A DNA stretch of 64,000 nucleotides from Oceanispirochaeta sp. (GCA_963663385.2 CAXXXD010000003.1:864001-928000), one strand, 5' to 3'. Positions 8,825 to 19,804 are shown, numbered from the stretch's first letter. Notes: generated by a model from the sequence alone, not told the origin. Program-made: numbers and translations.

Positions 8825-9838
8825 ATGAAAGTATTGGGAATAGAAACATCCTGTGATGAGTGTGCCGCATCAATTGTGGAAGACGGCAGGATAATCCATA
8901 GCAATGTAATAGCCACACAGCTGGATCTCCATCAGCCCTACCAGGGGGTGGTTCCGGAAATAGCTTCCCGACTTCATACCGAGTGGATCCATTCGGTTGT
9001 TCTGCAGTCTCTTGATGAAGCGGGGATGACAGTCAGGGATCTGGATGCCGCAGCAGCTTCCAATCGTCCCGGACTGGTTGGTTCTCTTCTTGTTGGTGTA
9101 TCCTTCATAAAGGGCCTGGCATACGCTCTGGACATCCCTTTTGTGGGAGTTGATCATGTGAGAGCGCACCTTTATGCACCCCACCTTGAGCAGGATATCG
9201 AGTATCCCTATCTGGGTCTCCTTGTATCGGGGGGGCACTCTGTTATTTCGATTGTCCGGGGATTCGATGATATAGAAGTGCTGGGTACAACCATTGATGA
9301 TGCCTGTGGAGAAGCCTTTGATAAGGTGGCCAAGTTCTATAACATGGGGTACCCGGGAGGTATCGCCATAGATAAACTGGCACAGAGGGGCAATTCCAGG
9401 GCTTTTAATTTTCCCAGTCCCAACCTTCACAAGGGCGATCATGATTATGATGTTTCCTATTCCGGTCTTAAAACGGCGGTAGTCAACCAATTGGATCAGT
9501 TCTGGAACAGGGAATATGAAAAGACTCCCGAGAACATTGCCGCTTCCTTTCAGAAACGGGCTATCGGGATATTGATAAAGAAACTCAGGAAGGCCGTTAA
9601 AGATACGGGGATTAAACGGGTAGTAGCGGGAGGCGGTGTGTCTGCCAACTCCTATCTCCGTTCGGAATTGAAAAATATGAACCAGATTGAAACCTACTAT
9701 CCCTCTCTGAAACTCTGTACGGATAACGGTGCCATGATTGCAGGTATTGCCTATCATTATCTGAAAAGAGGAGATCGGGATGATCTGTCTCTCAGCGCCA
9801 GCGCCAGGGTACCTTCATTTAAACGGAGATACCCCTGA
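8825..9838 (+). CDS. tsaD: tRNA N6-threonylcarbamoyltransferase
   Basis: GIETSCDE, GVVPEIASR, H..AH, SGGH, DDACGEAFDK and CTDNGAMIA. Confidence 0.96.
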   Translation: MKVLGIETSCDECAASIVEDGRIIHSNVIATQLDLHQPYQGVVPEIASRLHTEWIHSVVLQSLDEAGMTVRDLDAAAASNRPGLVGSLLVGVSFIKGLAYALDIPFVGVDHVRAHLYAPHLEQDIEYPYLGLLVSGGHSVISIVRGFDDIEVLGTTIDDACGEAFDKVAKFYNMGYPGGIAIDKLAQRGNSRAFNFPSPNLHKGDHDYDVSYSGLKTAVVNQLDQFWNREYEKTPENIAASFQKRAIGILIKKLRKAVKDTGIKRVVAGGGVSANSYLRSELKNMNQIETYYPSLKLCTDNGAMIAGIAYHYLKRGDRDDLSLSASARVPSFKRRYP

Positions 9839-9937
9839 CAGCCTGCCGACTTGAATAAATCGGGTTTTATCGGTTATTGTAAATGGTCGTGTCAAATGGT
9901 ATTGCACGGCTATTTGTTTTTATAACAGGAGAAACTA

Positions 9938-10477
9938 ATGAGCAGTTCATTTAATCTGGATGATTCAATCCGGAAGGTTCCGGACTTCCCTCACAAGGGC
10001 ATACTCTATTACGATATTACCAGTATTCTGACTAATCCTGAAGCTTTTTCATGGTGTATTGATGAGATGTGTGCTTACTATGCGGATAAGAAGATTGATG
10101 CAGTGGCAGCAGTCGAATCCAGAGGGTTTATTTTTTCGGCCCCCTTTGCCAAAGCGATGGGGATTCCTCTCATCCTTGTTCGAAAAGCCGGTAAACTGCC
10201 AGGGGTCACACTCAAAAAATCCTATCAGCTGGAGTACGGCAAAGCGGAAGTGGAGATTCATCAGAAAGATGTTCCCCAGGGTAAAAATGTTCTCCTTGTT
10301 GACGACCTTCTGGCAACAGGCGGTACTATGGGCGCTGCGGTGGAGCTGCTGACTATGGGCGGCGCCAATGTAAAACATATATTCGGTGTTATCGGTCTGC
10401 CCTTTCTGGGATTTGCCGAAAAGCTTCCCCATATAGAAGTTAAAACACTTATCGATTACCATAGTGAAACTGTTTAG
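9938..10477 (+). CDS. apt: Adenine phosphoribosyltransferase
   Basis: PDFP..GI, ESRGF, RKAGKLPG, LEYG and VDDLLATGGT. Confidence 0.95.
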   Translation: MSSSFNLDDSIRKVPDFPHKGILYYDITSILTNPEAFSWCIDEMCAYYADKKIDAVAAVESRGFIFSAPFAKAMGIPLILVRKAGKLPGVTLKKSYQLEYGKAEVEIHQKDVPQGKNVLLVDDLLATGGTMGAAVELLTMGGANVKHIFGVIGLPFLGFAEKLPHIEVKTLIDYHSETV

Positions 10478-10531
10478 GACGCAGGTTTTAACCATAAAAA
10501 ATCAATCTGAGGAATTTTTTTTTGATTCGTA

Positions 10532-10560
10532 TTGACAGAAAAAGGCAATCATTATATTAT
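10532..10560 (+). promoter_or_regulatory. sigma70 promoter of the tRNA-Gln/Glu pair
   Basis: TTGACA-17 bp-TATTAT followed by GC-rich CGCC. Confidence 0.75.
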
Positions 10561-10624
10561 CGCCACAGATTGAAACAACAAGCCTGATGCAACAGCAGGT
10601 ACGGCAGGGTGTTTCAGGAAATAT

Positions 10625-10696
10625 TTCCCGATAGTGTAATTGGTAACACTGCAGATTCTGGTTCTGCCTTTGGGGGTTCGAGTCCTCCTCGGGAAG
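10625..10696 (+). tRNA. tRNA-Gln (CTG)
   Basis: Acceptor TTCCCGA/TCGGGAA; anticodon arm GCAGA-TTCTGGT-TCTGC; GTTCGAGTCC T-arm. Confidence 0.95.
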
Positions 10697-10712
10697 ATAT
10701 CCTACATACAGA

Positions 10713-10784
10713 GGTCCCTTCGTCTAACGGTGAGGACAGGAGATTCTCATTCTTCAAATAGGGGTTCGATTCCCCTAGGGACTA
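10713..10784 (+). tRNA. tRNA-Glu (CTC)
   Basis: Acceptor GGTCCCT/AGGGACT; anticodon loop TT-CTC-AT; GGTTCGATTCC. Confidence 0.95.
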
Positions 10785-10785
10785 T

Positions 10786-10814
10786 AACCGGCTCATTATT
10801 AAGCCGGTTTTTTT
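10786..10814 (+). terminator. Intrinsic terminator after the tRNAs
   Basis: AACCGGCT/AGCCGGTT stem followed by a T run. Confidence 0.8.
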
Positions 10815-10833
10815 GTAAATAAATGGTTTTTGC

Positions 10834-10872
10834 TATGTATATTTATTTACAAAATCTGTATAAATATTTATC
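10834..10872 (+). promoter_or_regulatory. Tandem ARG boxes (ArgR operator) upstream of carAB
   Basis: TGTATATTTATTTA at 10836 and TGTATAAATATTTA at 10857, 21 bp apart (18-bp boxes plus 3-bp spacer). Confidence 0.6.
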
Positions 10873-10885
10873 TGAGGGGTGTTAT

Positions 10886-12040
10886 ATGCAGGAAAAGGCA
10901 TACCTCGTTCTGGAAGACGGTACAGTCTTTCCGGGAAAGGGGTTTGGTGAAGCGGCTCCCAGGGTCTCTGCTCTGGCAGATGAGCCTGGGAAACCTTTTG
11001 GAGAAGTAGTTTTTAATACGGGAATGTCCGGTTACCATGAGATTCTTACAGATCCTTCCTATACCGGTCAGCTTGTAACAATGACATATCCTCATATTGG
11101 AAACTATGGAACCGATCAGGAATGGTCTGAAAGCGGACCGGAACCCGGTTCCCGAAAGGAGATTAAAGTATCCGGTTTTATTATCCGGTCCCTGTATGAT
11201 GGTCCTCTGCCCGAAGGGCGGATTTCTCTCCATTCTTTCCTGGTAAAAAGCGGGGTTTCCGGTATTTCCGGAGTTGATACGCGTCGTTTGACTCTCAGGT
11301 TGAGAGATCTCGGCAGCTGTAACGGTATAATTGTCAAACTGGATGACGGTAAAACGGTCTGGGATGATACTGATACAAAAAAAGTTATGGAATATTTACA
11401 ATCCCTGCCTTCCATGGAAGGGCAGAATCTCATTGGAGACGTCGGGACTGCCGAGTCTGTCGAAATTGATGGGGACGGACCTCATGTGGCGCTCCTTGAT
11501 TGCGGGATTAAAGCAAATATTATAAGGGAACTGGAATCGAGGAACTGTAGAGTTTCCCTATTGCCTTCGGACGCCGATTGGGATGATTTGAAAAAAATCA
11601 ATCCTGACGGCGTTTTTTTGTCGAATGGTCCCGGGGATCCTGCGGTGCTGCATAAACAGATAGATTTTGCCAGATCTGTTCTGGGGAAATATCCACTGGT
11701 CGGGATCTGCCTGGGGCATCAGATAATCGGACAGGCTATAGGGGCCAGAACCTATAAAATGAAATTCGGCCATCACGGCTGTAATCATCCTGTCAGAGAC
11801 GAAGAGAGCGGGAAGGTTTTCGTTACATCCCAGAACCACGGTTTTGCGATAGAAGAGGGTACTCTTCCCGAGGGTGTTACTGTTCGTTTCAGAAATGCCA
11901 ACGATCAGTCGGTGGAAGGCCTGGAATGGAAGGAGAAAAAGGTAATGTGCGTGCAGTACCATCCGGAAGCAGCACCTGGTCCTGTCGATTCCAGTTGGAT
12001 TTTTGATGCCTTTCTTGATGTAATTAAAGCTGATAGATAG
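10886..12040 (+). CDS. carA: Carbamoyl-phosphate synthase small subunit (start moved to ATG 10886)
   Basis: GEVVFNTGM, SNGPGDP, GICLGHQ, SQNHGF and QYHPEA; SD GAGGGG. Confidence 0.96.
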   Translation: MQEKAYLVLEDGTVFPGKGFGEAAPRVSALADEPGKPFGEVVFNTGMSGYHEILTDPSYTGQLVTMTYPHIGNYGTDQEWSESGPEPGSRKEIKVSGFIIRSLYDGPLPEGRISLHSFLVKSGVSGISGVDTRRLTLRLRDLGSCNGIIVKLDDGKTVWDDTDTKKVMEYLQSLPSMEGQNLIGDVGTAESVEIDGDGPHVALLDCGIKANIIRELESRNCRVSLLPSDADWDDLKKINPDGVFLSNGPGDPAVLHKQIDFARSVLGKYPLVGICLGHQIIGQAIGARTYKMKFGHHGCNHPVRDEESGKVFVTSQNHGFAIEEGTLPEGVTVRFRNANDQSVEGLEWKEKKVMCVQYHPEAAPGPVDSSWIFDAFLDVIKADR

Positions 12041-12058
12041 CGAGTGTGAGGAGAAATA

Positions 12059-15000
12059 ATGCCTGCCAGAAGAGATATACATAAGATACTGATTATCGGA
12101 TCGGGGCCGATTATTATCGGTCAGGCCTGTGAGTTCGATTACTCGGGAACACAAGCTGTGAAAGCTTTAAAGGAAGAGGGGTATGAAGTTCTGCTGGTGA
12201 ACCCCAATCCGGCTACGGTTATGACTACCCCCGGTATTGCGGACCGCATTTATGTAGAACCCCTTACCGTTAAATATGTAACCGAGATTATCCGGACAGA
12301 ACGGCCCGATGCCATCCTGTCTACCATGGGCGGGCAAACCGCTTTGAATCTGACTCTGGACCTCGAAGCTGAAGGGGTTCTGGATAAATACAATGTTGAA
12401 GTAATCGGCGCCGGAACAAAATCGATTCATCTGGCCGAAGACAGGGGAGAATTTAAAAAGGTTGTGGATTCTCTCGGTCTGGAATCACCCCGTTCCATAA
12501 CAACTAAAACCGTTGCGGGCGCTTTAAAGCTTGAAGGCGAGGTAGGGCTGCCTCTTGTTATCCGTCCGAGTTTTACTCTGGGCGGAATGGGTGGAAGCAT
12601 TGCCTATTCTCATGAAGAGCTTCAGGATCTGGTAGAAAAAGCCCTGAATGAAAGCCCTGTAGGGGAAGCTCTGATTGAAGAGTCTCTTATCGGCTGGAAA
12701 GAGTTTGAAATGGAAGTTATGAGGGATAAGGCGGATAATGCCATTATAGTCTGTTCCATTGAAAATATAGATCCCATGGGTGTGCATACGGGAGACAGTA
12801 TTACCATTGCTCCCATACAGACTCTGGATGACAGGGCGTTTCAGAAGATGAGAACCGCATCAATCGATATCCTCAGGGCTATCGGTGTGGACTGCGGCGG
12901 ATCTAACGTACAGTTTGCCGTTAAACCTGATACGGGACGGATGATTGTTATTGAAATGAATCCCCGTGTATCCCGGTCTTCCGCACTGGCCAGCAAGGCA
13001 ACCGGATTTCCTATTGCCCGGTGCAGCGCCAAACTGGCTGTAGGTTATACCCTGGATGAAGTAACCAACGAAATTACCGGTAAAACAGCCTCCTGTTTTG
13101 AACCGGCTCTTGACTACTGCGCCGTGAAGGTGCCCCGTTTTGAAATGGAGAAGTTTCCTACCGGATATTCTGCATTGGGAACGCAGATGAAGTCTGTGGG
13201 CGAGGCCCTGGCACTGGGAAGAACGACTCTGGAAGCATTGAATAAAGCTATCCGGGCATCCGAAACCGGTTTTGACGGCTTGACCGATCTGAAAGAACTG
13301 AGCGACAGCGATCTGAATACCATTCTGACTACGGCTCACCCCCGTCGTCTGCTGGGTGCCTATACATGGCTTAAGCGGAACAGGGAAGCTGATCTTCAGG
13401 TGCTGGCGGATATGACCGGTTTTAACAGCTGGTTTCTCTATCAGCTGAAGTCGATGGTAAACCTGGAGCAGGATATTTCAGAGGCGGGTGAGTTGAGTGA
13501 GGAACTTCTTCTGGAAGCCAAAAAAGCCGGGTTGTCTGATGCCAGAATCGCAGAGCTGACAGGAAAGGATAAAGAGGATATCAGGGTCCTCAGGGCTTCC
13601 TTTGGTATGGATCCCTCTTTTCACTTCGTAGATACCTGCGCCGGTGAGATTGATGCCTCCACGCCCTACTTCTATTCAACCTGGGGTGAGATTGATGAAG
13701 GAACTCCCACGGGCGAAGGCGGAGTGATTATTCTGGCCTCCGGTCCCAACAGAATCGGTCAGGGTCTTGAGTTTGATACCTGCTGTACCCTTGCTTCCAT
13801 GAGTTACAGGGAAAAGGGGTATAAGACCATAATGATTAACTCCAATCCGGAAACCGTATCAACAGACTTTAATATTTCCGATCGTCTGTATATGGAGCCG
13901 CTTACAGCCGAGAGTGTTCTTCAGATCATGAAAAAGGAGGATGTCAGAAAAGTTGTTGTTCAGCTGGGCGGGCAGACTCCCCTTAATATGGTCGAAGAGC
14001 TGGAAGCATCTGGTGCGGAAGTTATCGGTACATCAGTGGATAATATCAATATGGCGGAAGATAGAAAGCTTTTCTCTGCCGCCATGAATAAACTGGGATT
14101 GACCCAGCCCAATAACAAGAGTGCCGTAACCCCCGAGGAAGTGGCCCAGTTTTCAAAGGATATCGGGTTTCCCGTTCTATTGAGACCCTCGTTTGTTCTG
14201 GGGGGAAGGAGTATGTTTATAGCGTATTCCGAGAAGGAGCTGGAAATCTTCCTGAGTAAGGGCATTCCCATCTCTCAGGAGAGGCCGGTTCTGGTGGATC
14301 AGTTTCTGGAGGATGCATTTGAGTATGATCTCGATGCTGTATCAGACGGTGAGAATGTCTATATAGGCGGTATTATGCAGCACATCGAGGCAGCCGGTAT
14401 TCATTCAGGGGATTCCGCCTGTGTGTTTCCGCCCTATAAGTCCACTCCCGAAATTCTGGAAGAGATGGCAAGTGCCGCCGCTTCCATAGCAAGGGAATTC
14501 CAGGTGAAGGGTTTTCTGAATATTCAGTTTGCGGTCAAGGATAATGTTCTGTACATTCTGGAAGTCAATCCGAGAGGATCCCGTACGGTTCCGTTCCTTT
14601 CCAAGGCATCCGGTGTGAATCTGATTGATGCGGTTGTAAATGTCTGGAACGGGAAGGATCTGAAAGAGCAGGGGCTTGTTGATGATTCGGGAATGGGGCA
14701 GGGGTACTGCCAAACCGGGTGGGCTGTAAAGGAGGCTGTATTCTCCTTTGACAGGTTTGCCGGACTTGATCCTGTACTGGGCCCTGAAATGAAATCAACC
14801 GGAGAAGCTATCGGGATCGGAAAAACCTATGGAGAGGCTTTTGCCAAGGTCCAAGCCGCAACAGGCTGCTTTCTGCCTACAAAAGGCCGGGTTTTTGTTT
14901 CCATCAATGATAAGGATAAGGAGACGATTCTGCCTATTGTCAAAGACCTTCATGAAATGGGATTTGAAATCGCCGCCACAAGGGGGACGGCCGACTTCCT

Positions 15001-15277
15001 GTATAAGCAGGGGATTTTTGCCGAGGTTATTCTAAAGCTGCATGAGGGGCATCCCAATGTTGTGGATCATATGAGAAGCGGCAGGATCAACCTGCTGATC
15101 AATACGCCCCTCGGAAGGTTCTCTCAGATTCAGGATGAGGATATCCGGACGGAAGCTGTCAGAAGGAAGGTCCCCTATACGACGACGACCAGTGCTGCTC
15201 AGGCGGCGGTTGTTGGAATCCGTTATTTAAAGGATGAAAAAGTTTCGGTAGAACCCCTTCCGGAAACTATCCGTTAA
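12059..15277 (+). CDS. carB: Carbamoyl-phosphate synthase large subunit
   Basis: [17 protein letters not shown], duplicated ATP-grasp halves, C-terminal MGS domain. Confidence 0.97.
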   Translation: MPARRDIHKILIIGSGPIIIGQACEFDYSGTQAVKALKEEGYEVLLVNPNPATVMTTPGIADRIYVEPLTVKYVTEIIRTERPDAILSTMGGQTALNLTLDLEAEGVLDKYNVEVIGAGTKSIHLAEDRGEFKKVVDSLGLESPRSITTKTVAGALKLEGEVGLPLVIRPSFTLGGMGGSIAYSHEELQDLVEKALNESPVGEALIEESLIGWKEFEMEVMRDKADNAIIVCSIENIDPMGVHTGDSITIAPIQTLDDRAFQKMRTASIDILRAIGVDCGGSNVQFAVKPDTGRMIVIEMNPRVSRSSALASKATGFPIARCSAKLAVGYTLDEVTNEITGKTASCFEPALDYCAVKVPRFEMEKFPTGYSALGTQMKSVGEALALGRTTLEALNKAIRASETGFDGLTDLKELSDSDLNTILTTAHPRRLLGAYTWLKRNREADLQVLADMTGFNSWFLYQLKSMVNLEQDISEAGELSEELLLEAKKAGLSDARIAELTGKDKEDIRVLRASFGMDPSFHFVDTCAGEIDASTPYFYSTWGEIDEGTPTGEGGVIILASGPNRIGQGLEFDTCCTLASMSYREKGYKTIMINSNPETVSTDFNISDRLYMEPLTAESVLQIMKKEDVRKVVVQLGGQTPLNMVEELEASGAEVIGTSVDNINMAEDRKLFSAAMNKLGLTQPNNKSAVTPEEVAQFSKDIGFPVLLRPSFVLGGRSMFIAYSEKELEIFLSKGIPISQERPVLVDQFLEDAFEYDLDAVSDGENVYIGGIMQHIEAAGIHSGDSACVFPPYKSTPEILEEMASAAASIAREFQVKGFLNIQFAVKDNVLYILEVNPRGSRTVPFLSKASGVNLIDAVVNVWNGKDLKEQGLVDDSGMGQGYCQTGWAVKEAVFSFDRFAGLDPVLGPEMKSTGEAIGIGKTYGEAFAKVQAATGCFLPTKGRVFVSINDKDKETILPIVKDLHEMGFEIAATRGTADFLYKQGIFAEVILKLHEGHPNVVDHMRSGRINLLINTPLGRFSQIQDEDIRTEAVRRKVPYTTTTSAAQAAVVGIRYLKDEKVSVEPLPETIR

Positions 15278-15289
15278 CCTTGGGGCTAA

Positions 15290-15334
15290 AATAAATATGC
15301 AGGGACGGAGATCTCCGGTTCCTGCATATTTATT
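15290..15334. terminator. Bidirectional terminator between convergent genes
   Basis: 14-bp inverted repeat AATAAATATGCAGG/CCTGCATATTTATT. Confidence 0.7.
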
Positions 15335-15350
15335 ATTCCGGATCTGGCAA

Positions 15351-16088
15351 TTAATCAGCCCGGCTGACGTTACCCAGGCCGGTTACTTTCAAATTATTCC
15401 TGTCTGCTTTTCCTGAGTATTCAATGTTCCCCAGTCCCGACAGGTTTCCGCTTAGCTCTCCGCCGTCCATATTCAGGGTGATCGATCCCAATCCGCTCAA
15501 CTGGACGTCGGCGTTTACTGTTTTTACATCAGAAAGGTCTATGCTCCCTGTACCGGAGAGGGTTATAACCGCCTTGTCGAAACTGCTGTTTTCTCCCTCG
15601 ATATCAGCAACACCGCTGCAGTCTATGGTCAGTTCCTTCCCTTTGAATCCTGTAAAAACGATACTGCATACGGATTTGCCGGTTATTTTCTCAAGATTGG
15701 GAACTGTCAGGATCAACTGCGGTGTGCTCCGGCTGTTTTTACTGTCCCAATCGTTTTCCAGAATAAAGGTGTCTCCCCTTTCCACCCAGGTAATTCTTTC
15801 CGGATCATAAGAGTCCGGAAGGGTGAGAGTGGCCGAAGCTGCAGGTCCCTTCCGGATGCTGCAGTCCCAGATTCCTGATAATGTGAGGCTGTCGATAGAG
15901 CTGCCAAGGGAGATTGTGCGTTTATCCCCCTGCAGAGTTCTGCTATTGCTGTTCAGCAGGATTGCATTGCTGCCGCTCCTGTTACCGGCCATAAAGCGGA
16001 AAGAGATGATGAGGCTGAAGATAAGGATAATCAGGAAGATAACAAGTCCTCCCAGAATAGCTGTACTCGTTCGTAATTTATGTTTCAT
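15351..16088 (-). CDS. Membrane-anchored DUF2807/GIN-domain (beta-helix) protein
   Basis: N-terminal TM segment and repeated LSG.G.I beta-helix motifs; start placed at ATG 16088 after SD GGAG. Confidence 0.7.
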   Translation of the reverse strand: MKHKLRTSTAILGGLVIFLIILIFSLIISFRFMAGNRSGSNAILLNSNSRTLQGDKRTISLGSSIDSLTLSGIWDCSIRKGPAASATLTLPDSYDPERITWVERGDTFILENDWDSKNSRSTPQLILTVPNLEKITGKSVCSIVFTGFKGKELTIDCSGVADIEGENSSFDKAVITLSGTGSIDLSDVKTVNADVQLSGLGSITLNMDGGELSGNLSGLGNIEYSGKADRNNLKVTGLGNVSRAD

Positions 16089-16452
16089 TGCTGTTTCTCC
16101 TAAACTCGTCATAGTATTCAATAAGGGTATCTTTTCCTATTTTAAGCAGTTCCATAGTGCGGAACAGTTGAGGCAGTTCTTTCTGAAGAAACTGTTCCTG
16201 CCGGGAGGACAGGGTTTTTTGCGCTGCTTCCGGCGTCAGGAAATAGCCGATACCCCTCTGATTACGGATAATCCCTTTTTCCTGCAGATAGGCGTAGGTT
16301 TTGATAACCGTATTGGGATTGACCTGAAAGGAAGCCGCTGTCTCCCTGACTGAGGGAATCCGGTCCTCCGCCTTCAGAGAACCTGAAAGAACCTGATCAC
16401 AGAAATCATCTGCTATCTGGATAAATATAGGCCGGTTCTCTTTAAACTCCAT
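16078..16452 (-). CDS. GntR (YtrA subfamily) transcriptional regulator
   Basis: PIF.QIAD, IPSVRE.A...VNPNTV..Y..L, RGIGYF; short C-terminus. Confidence 0.9.
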   Translation of the reverse strand: MEFKENRPIFIQIADDFCDQVLSGSLKAEDRIPSVRETAASFQVNPNTVIKTYAYLQEKGIIRNQRGIGYFLTPEAAQKTLSSRQEQFLQKELPQLFRTMELLKIGKDTLIEYYDEFRRNSNET

Positions 16453-17209
16453 CTTTTACTTCCGCCTCCTTCAGTCGAAAATAGGCGGCTGCCCAGCAGG
16501 AAACAGGAATAATCCCCTGGAGAAGAATCCGCAGGGACGCTGCCAGTATTCTCCCGTCCATTATCCTGTGAGAAAGGAAAAAATCTGCAGCCAGACTGTT
16601 GAAATTCCCCTTCAGGAAACGGTACAGGAACATGTATCCCAGTCCCCCGCTGACCAGGCTGAGAAAAATCTGCAGGATGAACAGAGTCAGGATGGTTTTC
16701 AGGAAGTGATTTTTCCGGAACCAGGCTGCACCGAGAAAGAACAGGGGCTGAAGAGCCAGGTAGGCCTGCACCATATGCCACACAGAGATTCTGAAAGGGT
16801 TGAAGAAGGTCAGGGACTGTTTATATAGAATGGCATTGGCGATTCCTGTCAGAAGAGAACATATCCAGCAGGTTAAAGCTGAACCAATTATAATGCCCGC
16901 TGTTGAAAAGAGAAAGCGCACAAGGAATTTCTCAAAGGTTGAAGCCGGAAGCATGAGCCAGTTGTGGATGCTGTTACTGTTATGACGGTCTTTGAAAGTG
17001 GAGGAAGTTAAAATCAGCCCCGACAGGTACAGGATGCCTCCAAAAAATCCAAGAAAAAAATCGTTGGTCAGGTGCATGGATTTGCCAGCCAGCATACCGA
17101 TGAAAAGGCCGAATGCTGTGATCGTGGATGGAACAAGGATAAATTGCTTTCTTGTGAAAAAGAAATCTTTTCTGGCAATCAGATACACTCTTTTTGCATC
17201 AAAAATCAT
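16442..17209 (-). CDS. ABC-2-type membrane protein
   Basis: About 6 TM segments, WLMLPAS..EKF motif, translationally coupled to the ATPase. Confidence 0.75.
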   Translation of the reverse strand: MIFDAKRVYLIARKDFFFTRKQFILVPSTITAFGLFIGMLAGKSMHLTNDFFLGFFGGILYLSGLILTSSTFKDRHNSNSIHNWLMLPASTFEKFLVRFLFSTAGIIIGSALTCWICSLLTGIANAILYKQSLTFFNPFRISVWHMVQAYLALQPLFFLGAAWFRKNHFLKTILTLFILQIFLSLVSGGLGYMFLYRFLKGNFNSLAADFFLSHRIMDGRILAASLRILLQGIIPVSCWAAAYFRLKEAEVKDGV

Positions 17210-18030
17210 TTTTGTAAACCTCCCAGGCTGACAGTAAAGTTAAAAAGAACTTCAAGGTCTAAAGCTGATTCATCTTCTTCGGGCGTTTTTTTTCTGACAA
17301 TAATCTGCCCGCCCGGTACGGTTTCAGCATAAAGCGCATCCTGCGGGATCTCTCCCCTGGGGATCTGCTCCATTACGTATTTCCGGCTGACTTCCTCCAG
17401 TGACGCATTCAGCATCATTCTGCCCTCATCAATGATAATCAGCGGATCAATAAGGTTTTCCATATCCCTGACCTGGTGTGTGGATATCAGAATAATCTGA
17501 TCCTCTCCCAGAGCGCTTGCCACGGTACGGCGGAACTGGGATTTTGAGGGGATATCAAGTCCGTTTGTAGGCTCGTCAAGGAGGAGAAGTCTGACCCCCG
17601 AGGCAAGACCGAAAGCCAATAAGAATTTTTTCTTCTGGCCGTAGGACATTTTTGTCAGTTTTTCCGGACTTTCCGGGAGTTCGAACTCCCGCATATACCG
17701 GCTAAATCTCTCTGTACTGAATCGCGGATAGAAAGGGCTCATCAGGTTTGCGTACTGTTCAATGCTCATCCCGGGAAGGGAGAATTCTTCAGGAATATAA
17801 AAAATATCAGATAGAAAATTCGGATCCCGTTCTGAAGGGATAAAATCCTGAACCCGTATTTCTCCCCATTTATGGTACAGTTCTCCGCTGATCAATTTCA
17901 GAAGAGTGGTTTTTCCTGCTCCGTTCCGGCCCAGAAGTCCGTAAATGTTTCCTTTGCTCAATTCAAGATTCAGTTTGTTCAAGACCGGTTTTTTACCGTA
18001 TTGAAAATCCAGTTCTGTAATCTTTATCAT
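17206..18030 (-). CDS. ABC transporter ATP-binding protein
   Basis: GRNGAGKTT, MSYGQKK, LLLLDEPTNGLD and STH. Confidence 0.93.
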   Translation of the reverse strand: MIKITELDFQYGKKPVLNKLNLELSKGNIYGLLGRNGAGKTTLLKLISGELYHKWGEIRVQDFIPSERDPNFLSDIFYIPEEFSLPGMSIEQYANLMSPFYPRFSTERFSRYMREFELPESPEKLTKMSYGQKKKFLLAFGLASGVRLLLLDEPTNGLDIPSKSQFRRTVASALGEDQIILISTHQVRDMENLIDPLIIIDEGRMMLNASLEEVSRKYVMEQIPRGEIPQDALYAETVPGGQIIVRKKTPEEDESALDLEVLFNFTVSLGGLQK

Positions 18031-18049
18031 GTATATACCTCTATAGTAG

Positions 18050-18095
18050 TGTACTATCTAACTAGTACTGTATGATGCATAGGGCAGGTTGTCAA
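18050..18095 (-). promoter_or_regulatory. sigma70 promoter with overlapping YtrA-type operator
   Basis: TTGACA-17 bp-TACAGT on the minus strand; palindrome GTACTA-N6-TAGTAC (18051-18068) overlaps the -10 and TSS. Confidence 0.75.
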
Positions 18096-18189
18096 TAGGC
18101 AGAATAGCCGCTTCAGAATAAAATTTAAATGGGGGAATAGACAACAGAGATTAGGACTGATAAATCGGGAAGAGGAATGGGGGGTGTTA

Positions 18190-18219
18190 TACAGGAGCTG
18201 AAGGTCTTCAGCTCCTGTA
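18190..18219 (-). terminator. Stable hairpin downstream of cimA
   Basis: 14-bp inverted repeat TACAGGAGCTGAAG/CTTCAGCTCCTGTA; no clear U tract. Confidence 0.55.
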
Positions 18220-18229
18220 CAGGATGGGT

Positions 18230-19804
18230 TTACTGTTCAATAATAAAATTGTTGTAGTAATAATTTATAGCATCCAGAAGCGCCTCCCAGGACGCTTCAA
18301 TAATATTTTCAGAGACACCAACGGTGTCCCAGGTCTGCTCGTTGTCCGTATAGGTAATAAAAACGCGAACCCGTGCAGCTGTCGCATCCTCTGGATTGAG
18401 AACACGTACCCGATAGTCGGTGAGGTGGAGGTTTTTCAGAAAAGGGAAGCTGGGAATCAGAGCATCTCTTATGGAAGCGTTCAGAGTATCCACAGGACCT
18501 TCTCCGACAGCTGCGCCCATATGTTCAATACCCATGGCATTGAGGAAGAGCCTTCCTACGGTTTTACTTTTGCTTTCCATGGTTTTATAGGATTCCAGGT
18601 GATAATTCTGCAGAACAAACAAGGGAGTGAACTTTCCGAGGGCTTTGCGCATGATAACATCAAAGGAGGCCTCGGCAGCTTCGTATTCATAGCCTTCCAT
18701 CTCTTTCTGTTTAAGGCTTTTGGTCAGCTCATCGACAATATCGGATTTTTTATCGAATTCCCCGTACTTGGCCAGTTTCCGTACAATTGTGGATTTTCCG
18801 GCCAGTTCGGACAGAAGAATTTTTCGGGAGTTGCCGATGAGGGAGCTGTCGATGTGTTCCATCAGCTCAGGTGCTTTCAGAATTACATCCGCATGCTGCC
18901 CCGCTTTATGGCTGAAGGCTGCTTCTCCCACATAGGGCTGATTCTTCTCGGGGATGATATTGGCTTTTTCAGCACAAAACCGGGATAACTGGGTAAGATT
19001 AGCCAGATTTTCGCTGCAGCTCAGCTTTTTCTGCATTTTAAGAGACAGATTGGGGATGATCCCGCACAGATTGGCATTCCCGGCTCTTTCTCCCCATCCG
19101 TTTATTGTTCCCTGTACGTGAGTGGCTCCGGATTCAACAGACAGCAGGGTTCCTGCAATGGCAGTTCCAGTATCATTATGAAAATGGACACCGATAGGGG
19201 CAAGGTTTATGGATGACAGATCGCTTATAATTCTTGAAGCTTCCTGAGGAAGGGTTCCGCCGTTTGTATCGCAGAGCACAAGGCAGTCGGCGCCTGATTC
19301 AGTGGCTGTGTGAAGGATCTTCAGAGCATATTCCGGATTCCCTTTGTAACCGTCAAAAAAATGTTCCAGATCGAATATTATTTCCCGCCCCTCATTTTTC
19401 ATGTAGCGTATGGAATCGCTGATCATTTCAAGGTTTTCTTCCAGAGTTGTACCCAGAACCTGCGTTACATGGGCATCCCAGGCTTTTCCAACCACAACAA
19501 CCGTAGGGGTTTCAGCTTCAAGAAGGGCGTTGATATGGGCATCCTGAGCAGCGGAACTTCCAGGCCTTCTTGTAGAGCCGAAGGAGCATATTTTTGAGTG
19601 TTTCAGGTTAAGCGACCTAACTTCTTTAAAAAAGGCGGTTTCTCTTTCAGAAGCAAGAGGAAACCCTCCCTCAATATAATCAATTCCGAAATCATCCAGG
19701 AATTCTGCAATCTCCAGCTTATCCTTTAAGGTGAAGTTGATTCCTGTGCCTTGGGTACCGTCTCTTAGAGTAGTATCAAAAACAGCAATTTCAGATTTGT
19801 TCAT
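18230..19804 (-). CDS. cimA: Citramalate synthase
   Basis: DTTLRDGTQG, EHFFDG, LCDTNGG, H.HND, AFSHKAG.H; LeuA-type regulatory tail WDTVGVSENIIEASW. Confidence 0.9.
   Translation of the reverse strand: MNKSEIAVFDTTLRDGTQGTGINFTLKDKLEIAEFLDDFGIDYIEGGFPLASERETAFFKEVRSLNLKHSKICSFGSTRRPGSSAAQDAHINALLEAETPTVVVVGKAWDAHVTQVLGTTLEENLEMISDSIRYMKNEGREIIFDLEHFFDGYKGNPEYALKILHTATESGADCLVLCDTNGGTLPQEASRIISDLSSINLAPIGVHFHNDTGTAIAGTLLSVESGATHVQGTINGWGERAGNANLCGIIPNLSLKMQKKLSCSENLANLTQLSRFCAEKANIIPEKNQPYVGEAAFSHKAGQHADVILKAPELMEHIDSSLIGNSRKILLSELAGKSTIVRKLAKYGEFDKKSDIVDELTKSLKQKEMEGYEYEAAEASFDVIMRKALGKFTPLFVLQNYHLESYKTMESKSKTVGRLFLNAMGIEHMGAAVGEGPVDTLNASIRDALIPSFPFLKNLHLTDYRVRVLNPEDATAARVRVFITYTDNEQTWDTVGVSENIIEASWEALLDAINYYYNNFIIEQ

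Noticed and set aside
10640..10822. 60-aa ORF
   Set aside because: It overlaps two clear tRNA genes.
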